Shown here one piece after another: positions 23,497 through 37,140 of a DNA stretch of 64,000 bases. Below the pieces are notes generated by a model that was not told the DNA's origin, did no database searches, and saw nothing but the letters and a program-made list of their open reading frames with translations. Origin of the DNA: Felis catus (Eukaryota); assembly GCF_018350175.1 (NCBI RefSeq), contig NC_058368.1:159094001-159158000 (forward strand). Direction: 5' to 3'. Each line of letters opens with the position of its first letter. The first letter of the stretch is position 1. The position numbers and the translations under genes were made by a program.

Positions 23497-23725
23497 GGGG
23501 CGCCAGGGTGGTTAAGTCAGTTGAGTGTCTCACTTGGTTTCAGCTCAAGCCATGATCCCACAGTGAAGGGATCAAGCCCTATGTCAGCCTCTGTGCTGAG
23601 TGTGGAGCCTTCTTAAGATCCTCTCTCTCTCCCTCTGCCCCTCTCTCCTCCTTGTGCTGTCCGTCTCTTTCTAAAGTAAAAAACAAACAAACAAACAAAC
23701 AAACAAAAAACAAAAAAATCCAGAC
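23497..23725 (+). mobile_element. Can-SINE (older) with an (AAAC)n tail
   Basis: TSD attctaataaat(a/g)tt at 23482-23496 and 23726-23740. Confidence 0.93.
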
Positions 23726-24585
23726 ATTCTAATAAATGTTGACTTTGAAAACTTGACATATTGTATGTATATTGTTGCAATTTAAATGAAAACAAAGGAT
23801 TTTTCAAGCAAAAAAAAAATCTAGAATGCTATAAAGAGGAAAAATTCCCAGTTGTCCTTAAACTTTCAAACAAGTATCAGGGAATAGACAGGCTATGTTT
23901 GGATGACTTACAACACAATAAAATTATTTTGAGCCAGTACATCATTCAAGTTCAGAAACAACTCATACACATTCTTAGTCATGAAAGAAGTCATGTAATA
24001 CTGCCCTCATGACTCCTTTTCAAAGGAAATTATGATGAGAAATGAATTTAAATATAGAACTAAGTTATGAAACCTTTGAAAATGGAGTGCTGGTGAGCAG
24101 TGAACTTACTTGGTCTGAAAACTGGGAAAAATGTTCATAAAATAGAATGTAATTGCAATAAACTTTGACAGTCATGAGGCTAATAAAAATTGAGGTAGGG
24201 AATTATTTTATGACTGTGTGAGAGTGTCAATTATCTAATAATTCATAAAAAGTCAATATATACTATCCACATTTGAAATACGTAATATGAAAGCATGATT
24301 TTTGTTCTCCCAGTTTTTTATAATATCTCTTCTAAAGAGTTTTATTTTTAGAAGATATGATGTCTTATGGGATTTACCCTTTCATTCAAAATCTTTCCAT
24401 TCAATTAAAATTATGTTATAATAATTTTAAAAACTTATATAATGTAATTCCATTATTTATAAAATTATTTCTATCTTTGTATCTATATATCTATATAAAT
24501 ATACATACCTCTTTAGAATATTAACAATTTTGTGTTGTGTGTGTAAATGTTTTATTTTGCATGATTTAAAAATGTCTCTTTGTGT

Positions 24586-24792
24586 TTTTTTTAAACATTT
24601 ATTTTATTTTTGAGAGAGAGAGAAACATAGAACGTGAGCAGGGAAGGGACAGAGTGAGATGGGGACACAAAATCTGAAGCAGGTTCCAGGTTCTGAGCTG
24701 TCAGAAGCTGTCATAGCTTCAACTCACGAGCTATGAGATCATGACCTGAGCCAAAGTTGGATGCTAAACCGACTGAGCAATCCAAGTACCCC
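24586..24792 (-). mobile_element. Can-SINE
   Basis: tctgaagcaggttccaggttctgagctgtcag...gagatcatgacctgagcc. Confidence 0.9.
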
Positions 24793-25047
24793 ACAAATGT
24801 GTCTCCTGGAATTCTCTCTCTATATTGAGTTCTTATAATGTGCTGCATTAGTTTCCGAAAATATTAGTTTTTAAAAAAGTTATTGTGAGTTAAAAATAAT
24901 GGAGCAGTATTTTTAATTGCTATAGTCATCGCCAAAAGAATGTTTGGAGATGTTTTACTTACCCATTCACCTATGGGAAATTTATGTTATTTCCATGTTT
25001 CATGTTTATTCAAGAATTATTTTAGGATAATTGTAGAAATAGCCATT

Positions 25048-25456
25048 TGTAGTAGTCAGCTGCTGCTACAACACTGTATAACAATCCTCCCCCAAACTGA
25101 CAGATTTGAAACCAAGCCATTATGTTTTTCACTTACTAATCTCCATGTTGGCTTTGACTCTGCTGGAGTTTACCACAAGATGCAGACTGGATGCAGTTTT
25201 GATCCAAGCATTTCTCATTCTCTGGCCAACCAGTGTACATTCTTCTGGTAAATGACAAAACGATCAGAGCAAGACAGCATTCAGAAATACATGATGCTTC
25301 TTAGAGCAGATATGGCCCAAATTCCATTAGTTAAGCAAGTTAAAAAAGTTAAAGAAGTCAATGACCAATCCCAACATCACAGGAGCAGAGAAATATACTC
25401 TGCATCAAGGGACAGGGCAATAAATATTTGCTGAAAAATAATCCAATCTATCACCA
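25048..25456 (-). mobile_element. MaLR solo LTR (MLT1H-like)
   Basis: Ends tgtagtagtcagctgctgctacaac and aatatttgctgaaaaataatccaatctatcac. Possible 5-bp TSD ccatt/tcatt. Confidence 0.75.
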
Positions 25457-25524
25457 TCATTAATCAAATATTCAAACCAATGAATATGTAACTATAGATC
25501 AGATCTCTGTTCATATTGTCTATT

Positions 25525-25712
25525 CTGAGGTTAAGAGGAAGTTTTCTGGAGCTGACATATGGCTGACAATAAATAGAATTTCACTAGACAAATTGGAAGG
25601 GGGGGTGAAAGGGTGTTGAGCTAAATGACACAATATCCAAAAGACTCATTTATGAAAGGAGCCTAATATGTTGAAGAGATAAGCTTTAGTGTGACTAGAG
25701 TATGGTGAGAGG
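25525..25712 (-). mobile_element. L2 fragment
   Basis: gaggttaagaggaagttttctggag...ccaaaagac...tttagtgtgactagagt. Confidence 0.45.
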
Positions 25713-26944
25713 ATGTGACAATATGATTTTAAGTAAACTTTCTGAGGAAGACAGATATTAATCCTCAGAAAGTTACTTTGCCAAATAACAATGTGTTAAA
25801 AAGTAATTTACTTAAAATCACTATGTACCCAGTAATCAAGTCACCATTTTTAAAATTTCAAGCAGAGTTTATAACAATTTACATTACATGATATTTTCCA
25901 TAAACTTTGAGGATGTTTTTAACATTTATTTTTACTTTTATTTGTAATGTATTACTGCTGTTTTGCTGAGGCTGGCCAAAGTTTAATGTATTCATTTTGT
26001 TTTCTAAGCTTGGGTCCTTTGACATTAGAAAATAAATATATCTTACATACTTCTAATTTGGGCATCTACACATTTTGAATATCAAGAATTTTATCCTTAA
26101 ATCACAGAGTTTCTCTTTTCTAATAAACGTGCAACTGGATGTTTTCTTAAACATATTTTAGTTCATATATATCTTGAATTACATGATTAAATATTTTAAA
26201 GTTAATTTTGAAAATGTAATGCATGCTAAGTGTCTAAAATGTGGAGTACACTCTGGATATATTTAATCTTGGCTGCATTGAGAAATCCATGGTGAATCAA
26301 TGTTGGGGAAAGTAAAAGTAAATTAAAACACCGCTAAAACTTTGAAAAAAACCTTAAAAGATGGTTAACTTCATTTCATTAAGACCAATTCATAAAACTT
26401 TGTATATAAATGATGGAAACACATTTTAAATTTGGAGCTGTGTGTGTATGTGCATGTATCTGTGCGTATGCTCATGTTAAGTAAAGAAATGCAATTCTAA
26501 TACAGGACATGATTCCCATGACCCATGAGGTACTATATAGTCTTTAGGTCAGATCTAGTTGTGTGTTTTTTCTCCCAGGCATTCTATATCTTAACTTTTT
26601 TTTTTTTTTTTTTTTTTTTTAAGAATCCATCCCTTTTCAATATTGATGCCTCTTTGTAGCCTTTTGCTATGTACTGGGCCCAAGTAAGCCTTTTTTTGAC
26701 TGTTCCTGGACTCTTGCTTATATGGTTTACACAGGAAGTATGTTCCCTGCTCAACAGTTGTATCCTGCTATACCTTTTTAAAATCTCTGAAACAGACAGG
26801 ACTACTAGCCAGCCCACGATGCTCTATGTCTTTAAACATAAAGCAAACTTCTTTGGCTTCCTTTCTACGCCATGACACTCCTCCTCCTACTCACCATTTC
26901 CACTTCTGAAAAAAGTGATGTGCTTTTTTAAAAATTGATGTGCT

Positions 26945-27058
26945 TTTGTCACCATATGTTATTATAATATTACTGTACTTCCTATGCTGTACTTGTAATC
27001 ACTGTGATTTATTTATCTTACAACTAGAAGTTTGTATGTCCTCTTAATCCCCTTTATA
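26945..27058 (-). mobile_element. Carnivore L1 3' UTR fragment
   Basis: tgtcaccata...ttcctatgctgtac...ttatcttacaactagaagtttgta...cttaatcccctt. Confidence 0.7.
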
Positions 27059-28794
27059 CTTCAGTAATTTTTTTTTAGATTTATATGCTTTTATCATTAC
27101 AAGGAGGAAGATAGAGACTATTTTGAATTGATATTTTGTTGTCTATTCACATATTTTTACATGTATATTTTTAAAATGAATTGTATTATTTTTATCCTGA
27201 GCTCATGACATTTCTAATTTAAACAGTAGATATTTTACAGATATTTTATTCTGTTTTTCTGAGTTCTCCCAGGCTGCAAATTTATAACATCATCACTATT
27301 GACAAATTTGACTCAAGTAGAATGAGTTAATGTTCAGATTTTCCTACTAGATGTTCCTGTCTAGTATAGCCCGTATATGTGTCCATGCATATACATATAT
27401 ATATAATTGTTAAAGTCTTCAGTATTTCTGTTAATCAATGTACTTGATAAAATAATGAATTTGTTAAGAAATTCTTATTTCCCTTTTAAGATGCAGACTT
27501 TCTTCTTAGTATGGTCCCCCCCCGACCCCCTGCCGCCAACTGCCATTGTAGAAATGATTTGATAAAGTAGAGAGCTTTTGGCCAGCCATTCGTTTCACTC
27601 CAAGTCAGATGTTTTCTTTCAACATCTGTTTGAAATGTGGTTTGCTTCCTTTTTGTTTACACTTGTTGACTTCGCTACAATGTTTTATGAACACCAAGAG
27701 TGGTAACAAAGCTGTCATATTTTTCTTGTCCATTAGTTATAAAAATTATTGTTTCTTCAATTAAATCTCCACAAACTATGAATTACTGAGTTTTTGGATT
27801 TATGTTTCTTGCCTATCCAGAGCTCACATTTTCAAATCATGGAGAATGCTGTATTTTCTCTGCATTTCCCTCCATTTACTATATTTTAATTTATAAAACC
27901 AATATAAAAATATAAAGAAATCTATAATCCTAAACATAATACATATGATTTTTTATATAGAAAATATGGATTTGTATTTTTATATTTGTTTTCTTTACTG
28001 TAATTTTTCTCAGGGGATCTGCTGGTATCAAAGCCTTAAATAAAATCCTTTTACTCAGTTTTCAAATTTCCTATAGATTTTTAATATCTTATAACCTGTT
28101 TTAGAGTCTCTCACTTCCATAAAACACTTTGCCCATTTCTCATATCTCACTCCCTGTGCTAAGTTCATGATCCCTTTGGTCATGTTTATATATTCAGTTT
28201 TTCATTAGAATTTATAAGAAAGGATAAACTGCAGAGCCATTATTTTTTTGTTTTCATTATAGGTAGGTAAGTGCATTTAACAGAGAGCTTCATCAAGTTC
28301 ATGAGTTATTTTTCAACTTTAGTTTTATTTGATTGTTAAATTTCTTCATATAAGTTCTTTTTAAATTATATTGTTCTTTAAGATGATTGTAATCATTCCA
28401 TTTTCTATATTATTAGAAAGTAAATCATATTTGAATATATATGTTCAAATACAGATTATATCATCTTTCAACTGTTTTTATGCACTGAATCTGGACATAT
28501 ATAATTTTTTCCATTAAGCTTTTTAGGCTTGTTAAATAATCATCCTCCTTTATTGAGATGGTTTTCTTTTCTATTGACATAGGCCTAGCTAAATCACATA
28601 ATTTTATTCCTCATTACTAACAAAGACAGTTTTTTAGCCATTATAAATCATTTTTGGTAACTTGCTAGCTAGCTGCAGGTTTCATTAGACTATTTAATAT
28701 TTATGTTACTGATATTTAAAAATACATAGTACATGAGATTCTTGCATATCAAAATCTGAATCAGGTAAATACTTATTTATATTTATTTTCTTTA

Positions 28795-28897
28795 AAACAT
28801 TTTTTTAAAGTAATCTCTACACCCAGTGTGGAGCTTGAATTTATAATCCTGAGACCATGAGACACACACTCTATTGACTGAGCCAGCCAGGCACCTC
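28795..28897 (-). mobile_element. Short ancestral Can-SINE (SINEC_old type: tRNA-derived head with A tail)
   Basis: ttaaagtaatctctacacccagtgtggagcttgaa...cctgag...actgagccagccaggcacc. Confidence 0.85.
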
Positions 28898-29309
28898 TCG
28901 TTGATATTTTTCCTAATGCTTAAATGCTTTTTAATTTTGGAAGACATTTAATTTTCTCCTGGTTTACATTGTTGGTAATTATGAATCTAATTGTCATTCC
29001 TTTTCTCAATGATTGGATGTTTAAATTTCCATTTTTTAATTTTGTGTTCCACAGTTACCAGCAAGCATTTAGTTTTGGATTTTTTAAATTTCTGTTTCAA
29101 GTTTTTGTTCTATCTGAATTATAGGATTTACATATTTAATCAAGTCTAGGAACTTCTTAGCTGATATATTTACAAATATTGCAACTAATCCATTATCTCT
29201 AACTTTGTTTACACTTAAATTGAGTGCACCTGTTAGATTTTCTTATTCTATTCTTATTCTTTTTTTTTTTAACTCCAAAATCTTCTCTTTTTCTATAGTT
29301 TTGTGTTTT

Positions 29310-29538
29310 GTTTTTTTTTTTTTTAATTTTTTTTTCAACGTTTATTTATTTTTGGGACAGAGAGAGACAGAGCATGAACGGGGGAGGGGCAGAGAGAGAG
29401 GGAGACACAGAATCGGAAACAGGCTCCAGGCTCCGAGCCATCAGCCAAGAGCCTGACGCGGGGCTCGAACTCACGGACCGCGAGATCGTGACCTGGCTGA
29501 AGTCGGACGCTTAACCGACTGCGCCACCCAGGCGCCCC
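29310..29538 (-). mobile_element. Young SINEC_Fc
   Basis: CpGs intact. 14-bp TSD tagttttgtgtttt at 29296-29309 and 29539-29552. Confidence 0.97.
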
Positions 29539-29699
29539 TAGTTTTGTGTTTTTGTATGGCATTCTGTGCAATTTTAAATCCCATTTTGCAATTCATTAAT
29601 TTTTCAGTCATATCTAATGACATTTAATTGTCCATTGAGATTATTTTTAATAGTTTTTATTTATTATATTTTATTTTAAATGAAGTTTTTATTTATAAT

Positions 29700-31380
29700 T
29701 TTTTATTTTTAAATGCAGAAAGTAAAGAGAATTCCCATATACTTACCCTAATCCTGCCCACAGTTTCTCTTATTAACATCTTGCATGTCTATATGCCAAG
29801 CCTTGCCAAACCCTTGGCAAATACCGATCTTTCTTTAATTTTTATTTTTTCAACGTTTATTTATTTTTGGGACAGAGAGAGACAGAACATGAACGGGGGA
29901 GGGGCAGAGAGAGAGGGAGACACAGAATCGGAAACAGGCTCCAGGCTCTGAGCCATCAGCCCAGAGCCCGACGCAGGGCTCGAACTCACGGACCTGGAGA
30001 TCGTGACCTCGCTGAAGTCGGACGCTTAACCGACTGCGCCACCCAGGCGCCCCAATACCGATCTTTCTAACGTCTCTTTAGTTTTGCTTTTTCCAGAACG
30101 TCATATAGTTGCAATCACACAGGGTATAGTCTTTTCAGACAGGCTTATTTTACTTAGGAATACACATTTAAGCTTTCTCCTTGTCTTTTCATGGCTTTTC
30201 AGCTCATCTCTTTTTGTCATTAATATTCCATTGTATGGATGTACCTATAGTTTGTCTCTTCGCCAGTTGAAGAATATGTTGGTTATTTCCAAGTTTGGCA
30301 ATTATGACTAAATCTGCTATAAACATCTTTGCACAGGTTTTTGTGTAAACATAAGTTTTCCACTCATTTGGATAGTTACCAAGGAACATGATTGTTGGCT
30401 TGAATAGTAAGACTCTGTTTAGCTTTGTACGAAACAGCTAAACTCTTCCACAGTTTATGTACCATTTTGCATTTTCACCAGAAATGAATGAGAGTTTTGT
30501 TACTGCATGTCCTCATCAGCATTTAGTGCTGTTTGTCTTTCACATTTTAGCCACTCTAATAGGTGTGCACTGGTATATCATTGTTATTTTAATGTGAAAT
30601 TCTTTGACTACATGATTTTGAGCATCTTTCATATGCTTATTTGCCACCTGTGTATGTTCTTAATGAGATGCTTGCACATGTCTTTTGCCCATTTTTAAAT
30701 TAGGTTGTTTGTTATTGTTGAGTTTAAAGAGTTCCTTGTATATTTTGAATACAAGTTATTTTTCAGATAAGTGTTTAGAAAATACGTTCTCCCCATCTAG
30801 TCTTTTCATTTCATTTACAGTATCTCCCAGAGCAGTTTTAAGTTTGAATACAGTCCAATTTACTGATTTTTTTCCCCTTGGATTATACGTTTGGTGTTAT
30901 ATTTAAGAACTAATTGCCAAGCTGAAGAATACCTAGATTTTTTTCTTTGTTATTTTTCAGAAGTTTCTTAAGTTTTTATTTTAAATTTTAGTCAATGATC
31001 CATTTTGGATTAATTTTTCTGAAGGTTGTTGAGTCAGTGTCTAGATTATTAATATATATTATTAATATATATATTTTTTGCATGTATAGTTATTCCAGCA
31101 CCATTTGGTGAAAAGATAATCTTTCTCCTTTGGATTTCCCTTGTTCTTTGTTGACTATATTTATGTGGGTGTATTTTTGGGCTCTGTGCACTGTTTCATT
31201 TATCTGTTCTCTTACCAAAACCACACTGTTTTGATTACTTTAACTTTACAGTAAGTCTTAAATTTGGGTGCTGTTAGCCCTCTAGACTTTGTACTTCTTT
31301 AATATTGTGTTGACTATTCTTAGTCTTTTCCTTACCATATAAACTTCAGAATTAGTTTCTTGAAATCTATATCCATTGAG
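29700..31380 (-). mobile_element. L1MC-family 3' region interrupted by a SINEC_Fc
   Basis: gagaattcccatatac...tattaacatcttgcat...ttccagaacgtcatatagttg...ttttcagac...tgctataaacat...gtaccattttgcatt...ttccagcaccattt. Confidence 0.85.
29835..30053 (-). mobile_element. Young SINEC_Fc
   Basis: 15-bp TSD aataccgatctttct at 29820-29834 and 30054-30068. Confidence 0.97.
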
Positions 31381-31808
31381 ATTGAAATCCTTATGATTTT
31401 CTAAATGGACAGAGATGGAAATATTTAGAAGTTCTATTTGGGATTTTTTTTTGTGGGTAGGGGGGATTTTTTCAAATCTTCCTTATTTATAATCTTATAT
31501 TTGTCTGTTTGTATTGCCTCTTTAATTCATTTTAATATTTTAAATATCATTACTCTAAATTGTATATCAGAAAATTAAAATATATAATACCCTAGGGTGC
31601 TTAATTATGCTATTTATTGTTTCTGTTGGCTTTTATGCATTGTTTTTTTCAAGTGTTTTGTTACTGTGGATCATGAACTTATATTCATCAGGTTTTAAAT
31701 GTAGAAAAATATCAGATCTTCATTGAGCATAATATATCCGGGAGAATTTTTTTGTTTTTGCATTTGAAAGGACATAAGATATTACTAACTTAGGTCACAG
31801 GAAGTTAA

Positions 31809-31991
31809 TTTTTTTAATGTTTATTTATTTATTTATTTTGAGAGAGAGTGCAGAGGAGGGGCAAAAAGAGATGGAGACAGAATTCCAAGCAGGCGCTCAA
31901 TGTGGGGCTTGAACTCACAAACCATGAGATCATGTCCCAAGCCAAACCAAAGAGTCAGATGCTCAACTGACTGAGCCACCCAGGCTCCTCC
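31809..31991 (-). mobile_element. Can-SINE with an internal deletion
   Basis: gaattccaagcagg...ggggcttgaactcacaaaccatgagatcatg...actgagccacccagg. Confidence 0.9.
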
Positions 31992-32226
31992 CTTAACTTT
32001 CTGGAATTTATTTTGTTTTGTTTTGTTTTTTCCATATTAATTTTCTGGGCCACAAAGATAACATGTGTTCACATTTCAAACCCATATGATGGAAGGCCTA
32101 TAATTCCAAAGTCTCTGAGAATTTGTTTCATTACTTAAATTTCAGTCTAAGTGACTAGTTTTTGTTGTTGTTGTTTTAAATTTGTTTGTTTTCTTCATTT
32201 GATAGCAGGATAGTTTTATTTCTCAC

Positions 32227-32340
32227 TGTCATAGGTCAGGTTGCCTAGGTGCAAAATGTAAGTTGAAATGATTTACTGGGAAAGTTCATTCAGAAAAACA
32301 GGTACAAAGGATAGAGCGTGTGAATTCATCCTGCAACTTG
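32227..32340 (-). mobile_element. ERVL-type LTR 3' end fragment (LTR33/LTR16-like)
   Basis: tgtcataggtcaggttgcctagg...atgatttactgggaaagttcattcagaaaaac, adjacent to the ERVL pol fragment on the same strand. Confidence 0.4.
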
Positions 32341-32399
32341 CTTGTTAGTGACAGTTCTGTGTGAGATACTCTCTCGTGGAAAAATTATCACATTTTATT

Positions 32400-32750
32400 C
32401 TCATAGTTCCATCCATGTGCTTCTTCCCCTGTCTTTCAAGAATGTTCCTTTCAGGTTCCTGATCAACCATCCAAGATACTTGCCACTGCTCGATGATCTG
32501 TGTATACTTTGGCCACTTCTTTTTCTAGATAAAATGTGTGATCTGATTGTCCAAAACTCAGGCCCAGGAGGGTTTCCCCTTACTGTGGTCCGTCTGGAGG
32601 ATTCCTGAATGAGGTAGTCCAATAGTTGTTCATTTGTACCTTGCACATGTATACTTAACTGACCCAACGTTTAACTAAGTTTGGGTTCTTTCTTCTTCTC
32701 AGTTCATCACAGGGAAACTCCCTTAGGGCCATGCATGTGAGCTGAGTATG
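32400..32750 (-). mobile_element. ERVL pol fragment (RNase H domain)
   Basis: The minus strand reads VYTDHRAVASILDG*SGT*KEHS*K...GRSTWMEL, versus ERVL YTDSWAVANGLAGWSGTWKEHDWK...GRGMWIDL. Confidence 0.8.
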
Positions 32751-32822
32751 ATTTTACAACACTCTGAGTTTTAAGTAGTCAGTTTTTATTGTTGTTTTTA
32801 ATGAGATAAAAAGTTTGCTCTT

Positions 32823-33038
32823 GGGGTGCCTGGGTTGCTCAGTCAGTTAATCATCTGATTCTTGGCTCTGGCTCAGGTCATGATCTCACAGTTCATGGGA
32901 TCAAACCCTGCATTGGTCTCTGAGCTAGCAGCATGGAGCCTGCTCAGAATTCTCCCTTTCCCTCTATCTCTGCCCTTTTCCTGCTCATGTGCTCTCCACC
33001 TCTCTCTCTCAAAGTAAATAAACATTTGAAAAAAAAAA
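32823..33038 (+). mobile_element. Can-SINE
   Basis: TSD aaaagtttgctctt / aaaagcttgctgtt. Confidence 0.93.
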
Positions 33039-33678
33039 AGCTTGCTGTTAACCTGATCCAAGGACCAACTTAAAGAACTCTTCTACTTAAATTTGAAATA
33101 TGTGGAACAAATATACACAAAATTGGCCTACTACCATGCCTGGACTATTCCTTCTAGCCAATTTGAGTTTTGGTCTGATAAAACCATCCCTGATTGGGAC
33201 CATTCATTTCTCCTTATGGACACAAAGAATCTCATATTTCCCAGCCCTTAGGGTAACTTAGGCTAACTGTTTGCTGAATGTTTATAAAGTTTAGTTCACC
33301 CTTCCTTTCTATAAATAGCACAAAAGAAAGTCTTGGTAAAATCTGATCTGGGACTCTGAGGAACAGAATAAAATTAAAGAGAAGCAGATTGCAAAATACC
33401 TTGTGGAAACATCAAGAAATTGGTCAAAGATGTACTTGACAGGCATCTTAAATGTAACTTTTTTCCTGCTCTTTGAAAAAGTCAGGTAATGGACTTATAC
33501 CTGGATAAATTAAACAGTTCATTCAATCCAATGGAGAGTTACTCTCACCTATTTTTGTATTCTTTCAAGTAGGAACTCTGCCCTCTTTTTCTTTCGAATT
33601 CTTTTACATATGTGCACAAAATGTGTTTTACTCATAGGCTTGGATTACATATTGATCTTGTATTACAATAACTCATAA

Positions 33679-33890
33679 GGGGCGCCTGGGTGGCTCAGTT
33701 GGTTAGCCTCCAACTTTGGCTCAGGTCATGATCTCATGGTTCATGAGTTTGAGCCCCGCATCGGGCTCTGTGCTGACAGCTCAGAGCCTGCAGCCTACTT
33801 CAGATTCTGTGTCTTCCTCTCTGCCCCTCCCTCACTGTGCACTGTCTGTCTGTCTCTCTCTCAAAAGTAAATAAAGATAATTTTTTAAAA
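33679..33890 (+). mobile_element. Can-SINE
   Basis: TSD aataactcat(a/g)a at 33667-33678 and 33891-33902. Confidence 0.95.
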
Positions 33891-34507
33891 AATAACTCAT
33901 GAAAATAGCTAGGGGAAATTAATAATTAATATTTATTAATAAAGTGATTTATTTGGAATATTCAAAGATATAGCTATAACATTACAATTGTAGTAAAGGC
34001 CTTCCTCTAATTGCATTTTAGAGTAATTCAAAAAATGTACACTTAACAACCATAGATACAATCTGTCCTTATTGCAACCCAGCTTGTTTTAAATTAGGTT
34101 ATAATGATTGGGAAAATCTCTTTACCCATATTAAAAGTGCCTCTGTCTTGCTAGCTCAGAAGGTATCAAATTATTTAAAACAAAAATAGTGTTATGGCTA
34201 GTTGGATGTACATTTTTGGACATATTTCATGTTGCTTAAATACACTGCATTTTTCACAAAAATATTTTTAATTGTTTGAGCACCCTTTACCTGGGTTTGT
34301 GATACATGTAGGAGAAATGTTTATTTGTGCTTTTTCTATGATTTGAAAATGAGCATGAAATAAACACAAATAATAATAGTTAGGCCTTCACATGCTAAGC
34401 CCTTAATATGTATCCAACACTGAGGTAAATACCTTACGTATATCCCTCAAAACAACTCCCAGTTAGGTCTTAACATTATTCCCTTAACGGGGGGAAGGAT
34501 AGTCTAT

Positions 34508-36080
34508 TTTTTTAAGACTCTAATTTTTTAGAGAAGCTTTAAGGTAACAGCAAAATTGTGAGGAAGGTACAGAGCATTTCTATATACCCCCTGCCCCCAC
34601 ATATGCATTGACTCCTCCATTATCAACATCACCCCCAGACTGTACATTTTTTGCATTTGATGAGCGTACACTGAGGCATAAAAGTTCATGGTTTACATTA
34701 GGGTTCACTCTTAATTTTCACGTTTGAGACTGGACAAATGTATAATGATATGTATTCATCATTATGGTATCCTTCAGAGTATTTTTACTATTCTAAAAAC
34801 CCTATGCTCTGCCTACTCATCCCTTTACCACTCTTTCTAACCCTGACAACCACTGATCTTTTTGCTATCTCCATAGGTTAGCCTTTTTTGGAATGTCACA
34901 TAGTTGAGATCACATAGTATGTGTATTTCAAATTATCTTCATTCACTTCCTTTTTACCTAAGTTTCTTTAATGTCTTTCCATGGTTCAATAGCTTATTTC
35001 TTAATAATGCTGAATAATATCCCATTGTCTGGATACACCACAGATAGTGTATCCATTCACCAGTTGAGGAATATTTTTGTTGCTTCCACATTTTGGCAGT
35101 TATGACTAAAGCTGCTATAAACATCCATATTCAGATTTCTGTGTGTCAATAGGTTTCACCTCTTTTTGTAAATATCAAGGAGCACAATTGCTGGATGACA
35201 TGGTAAGAATAGGTTTAGTTTTGTCTTCCAAAGTAAATTTACCATTTTGCATTCCCACAAGCAATGTATAAGACTTCCTATTGTTTCACACCTTCACCAG
35301 CATATTGTGTTTTCAATGTTCTGGATTTTGGCCATTCTAATAGGTATGTAGTGGTATCTCATTACTGTTTTAATTTGCATTTCTCTTATGACATATGATA
35401 AAGGGCATCTTTTCATATGCTTATTTGCCATCTTTTTACCTTCTGTGGTGAGGTGTCTGTTAAGGTCTTTTCCCCTTCCCCTTTTTTAAATTGGATTGTT
35501 TTCTTATTGTTGCATTTTAAGAGTTCTTTGTATGTTTTTAGATAAAAGTTATTTATCATATTTGTCTTTTGCAAATATTTTCTCCTAGTCTGAGAGTTGT
35601 CTTGTCATTGTTTTTAAGTTTAATGAATCCCAGCTTAATGATTATTTCTTTCATGGATTGTACTTTTTGATGTTGCATCTACAAAGTCATGCCCATAGTG
35701 AAGGCCTTCTAAGTTCTTTGCTATGGCATCTGTTAGGAGTTTTCTGGTTTTGTATTTTACATTTAGGTATGCCACCCATTTTGAATCACTTTCTGTGAAG
35801 CATGTAAGGTCTGTGTCTAGATTCATTTATTTGCATGTGGATGTCCAGTTGTTCCAGCACCGTTTGTTTGAAAACACTACCTCTGTTCCATTGCATTGCC
35901 TTTGCTCCTTCTTTAAAGATCGACTGAGTATGTTTATGTGCGTCTACTGCTTTGTTCTCTGTTCTATTGATCTGCTTCTATGTTCTTTCACAAATACTAC
36001 ACTGTTTTGATTACAGTAGCTCTACAGTAAGTCTTGACATTGGGTAGTGTCATTCCTACAACTTTTTCTTTTCCTTCAGT
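34508..36080 (-). mobile_element. L1MC1-like 3' region
   Basis: ttttttagagaagctttaaggtaacagcaaaattg...ggaaggtacagag...tataccccctgcccccac...ggtttacattagggttcactctt, the L1MC1-type 3' UTR, followed by ORF2 sequence. Confidence 0.9.
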
Positions 36081-36369
36081 TTTCCTATTCTTACATTTTG
36101 TATTTCATTCTGTAAGTAAAACACCTACAAAAAGGAAGTATGAGAAAGCCTACTTGTTTGTGTCTGGTTAGTATTGCCAGGACAAAAGCATTCCTATGGG
36201 TATACCAGTCTGTTAGAGTAAGTGGACATATGTGTTAGAAATAATTTTTAAATATTTTTTATGTTCATACCCATATGCCATAGGTTAGTAGTTGGGTAAG
36301 GATAAGAAAATGCATAGCATTAAGTTATCTTCAGTGAACCATTATTCTAGTAAGACAGATGGATCTATA

Positions 36370-37140
36370 GCCTCTCCCTGGAGTCCATGACACGGCACTC
36401 CCCTGATTTTCCTTCTTCTGTCAACACATTTTCCCTTTTCCTGAAGAAATTTGATCTTAGTAGATTTCTACTTCACTTACAGAATGATGCTTTTAAAACA
36501 TAAATCAGATCATATTGAATACATCAGACTGCTATCTGTCCCACCCCCCAAACATGTACATGTAATCAGTATCCCTTTTTCTGTAAGAAAATCATAAAAC
36601 ACATTAATGTAACCCCTGATGTCTGACCTGTCTTCACTTTCCAGCCTCTTCTCTGTTCTGCTTCACTCTCTGTACCAACCACTGCTATCTTTTTTTTCCT
36701 TCTTTTTTATATCCTCATACCCACCATGTTTATTCCTATTACATGGATCTGGTTCATGCTTTCTTCTTGCCAGACTTGTTCTTTTCATCCTCCTTCTCTT
36801 TATTCTTGAGTTCTTACATGCCACTTACTCAGAGAAGTCTTCCCTGGCCTCCTTGGCTAGGAAACCTTTTCTCTTCTGAAATTATTATTATACCATTATT
36901 ATATATAATGGAATTATTATATAGCATTAAGTTATTATAGCATTCCTGTTTCATTGCACTCACCATTGTTATATTAGTGCATCTATTTTGTAATCGATTC
37001 ATTAATGTCTGTCTTCCCTCATAAAATTAAAAGCTGTATTAAGGCAATTCTTTGCCTGCTCTGGCTCAACAGTACATGCACAATAACTGTCACAGGGACT
37101 GACACAGTTGACAGTCATTGCAAGTATGTTGAAGGAATGC
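36370..37140 (+). mobile_element. L2 3' region
   Basis: tttaaaacataaatcagatcat...tccagcctc...tcagagaagtcttccctggcc...ttaatgtctgtcttccc...tgttgaaggaatg. Confidence 0.75.

Noticed and set aside
24104..24132. Minus-strand microexon-like pattern ttttcccag-TTTTCAGACCAA-gtaagt
   Set aside because: It is opposite to the inferred transcription direction, has no supporting context, and is expected by chance in 64 kb.
28795..28897. tRNA-like sequence
   Set aside because: It is a degenerate short Can-SINE with a tagagattact linker and A tail, and has no intact cloverleaf.
27070..29200. T-rich stretch resembling very old L1/HAL1 (similarly ~19760-21200)
   Set aside because: Too degraded to assign a family or boundaries by eye.
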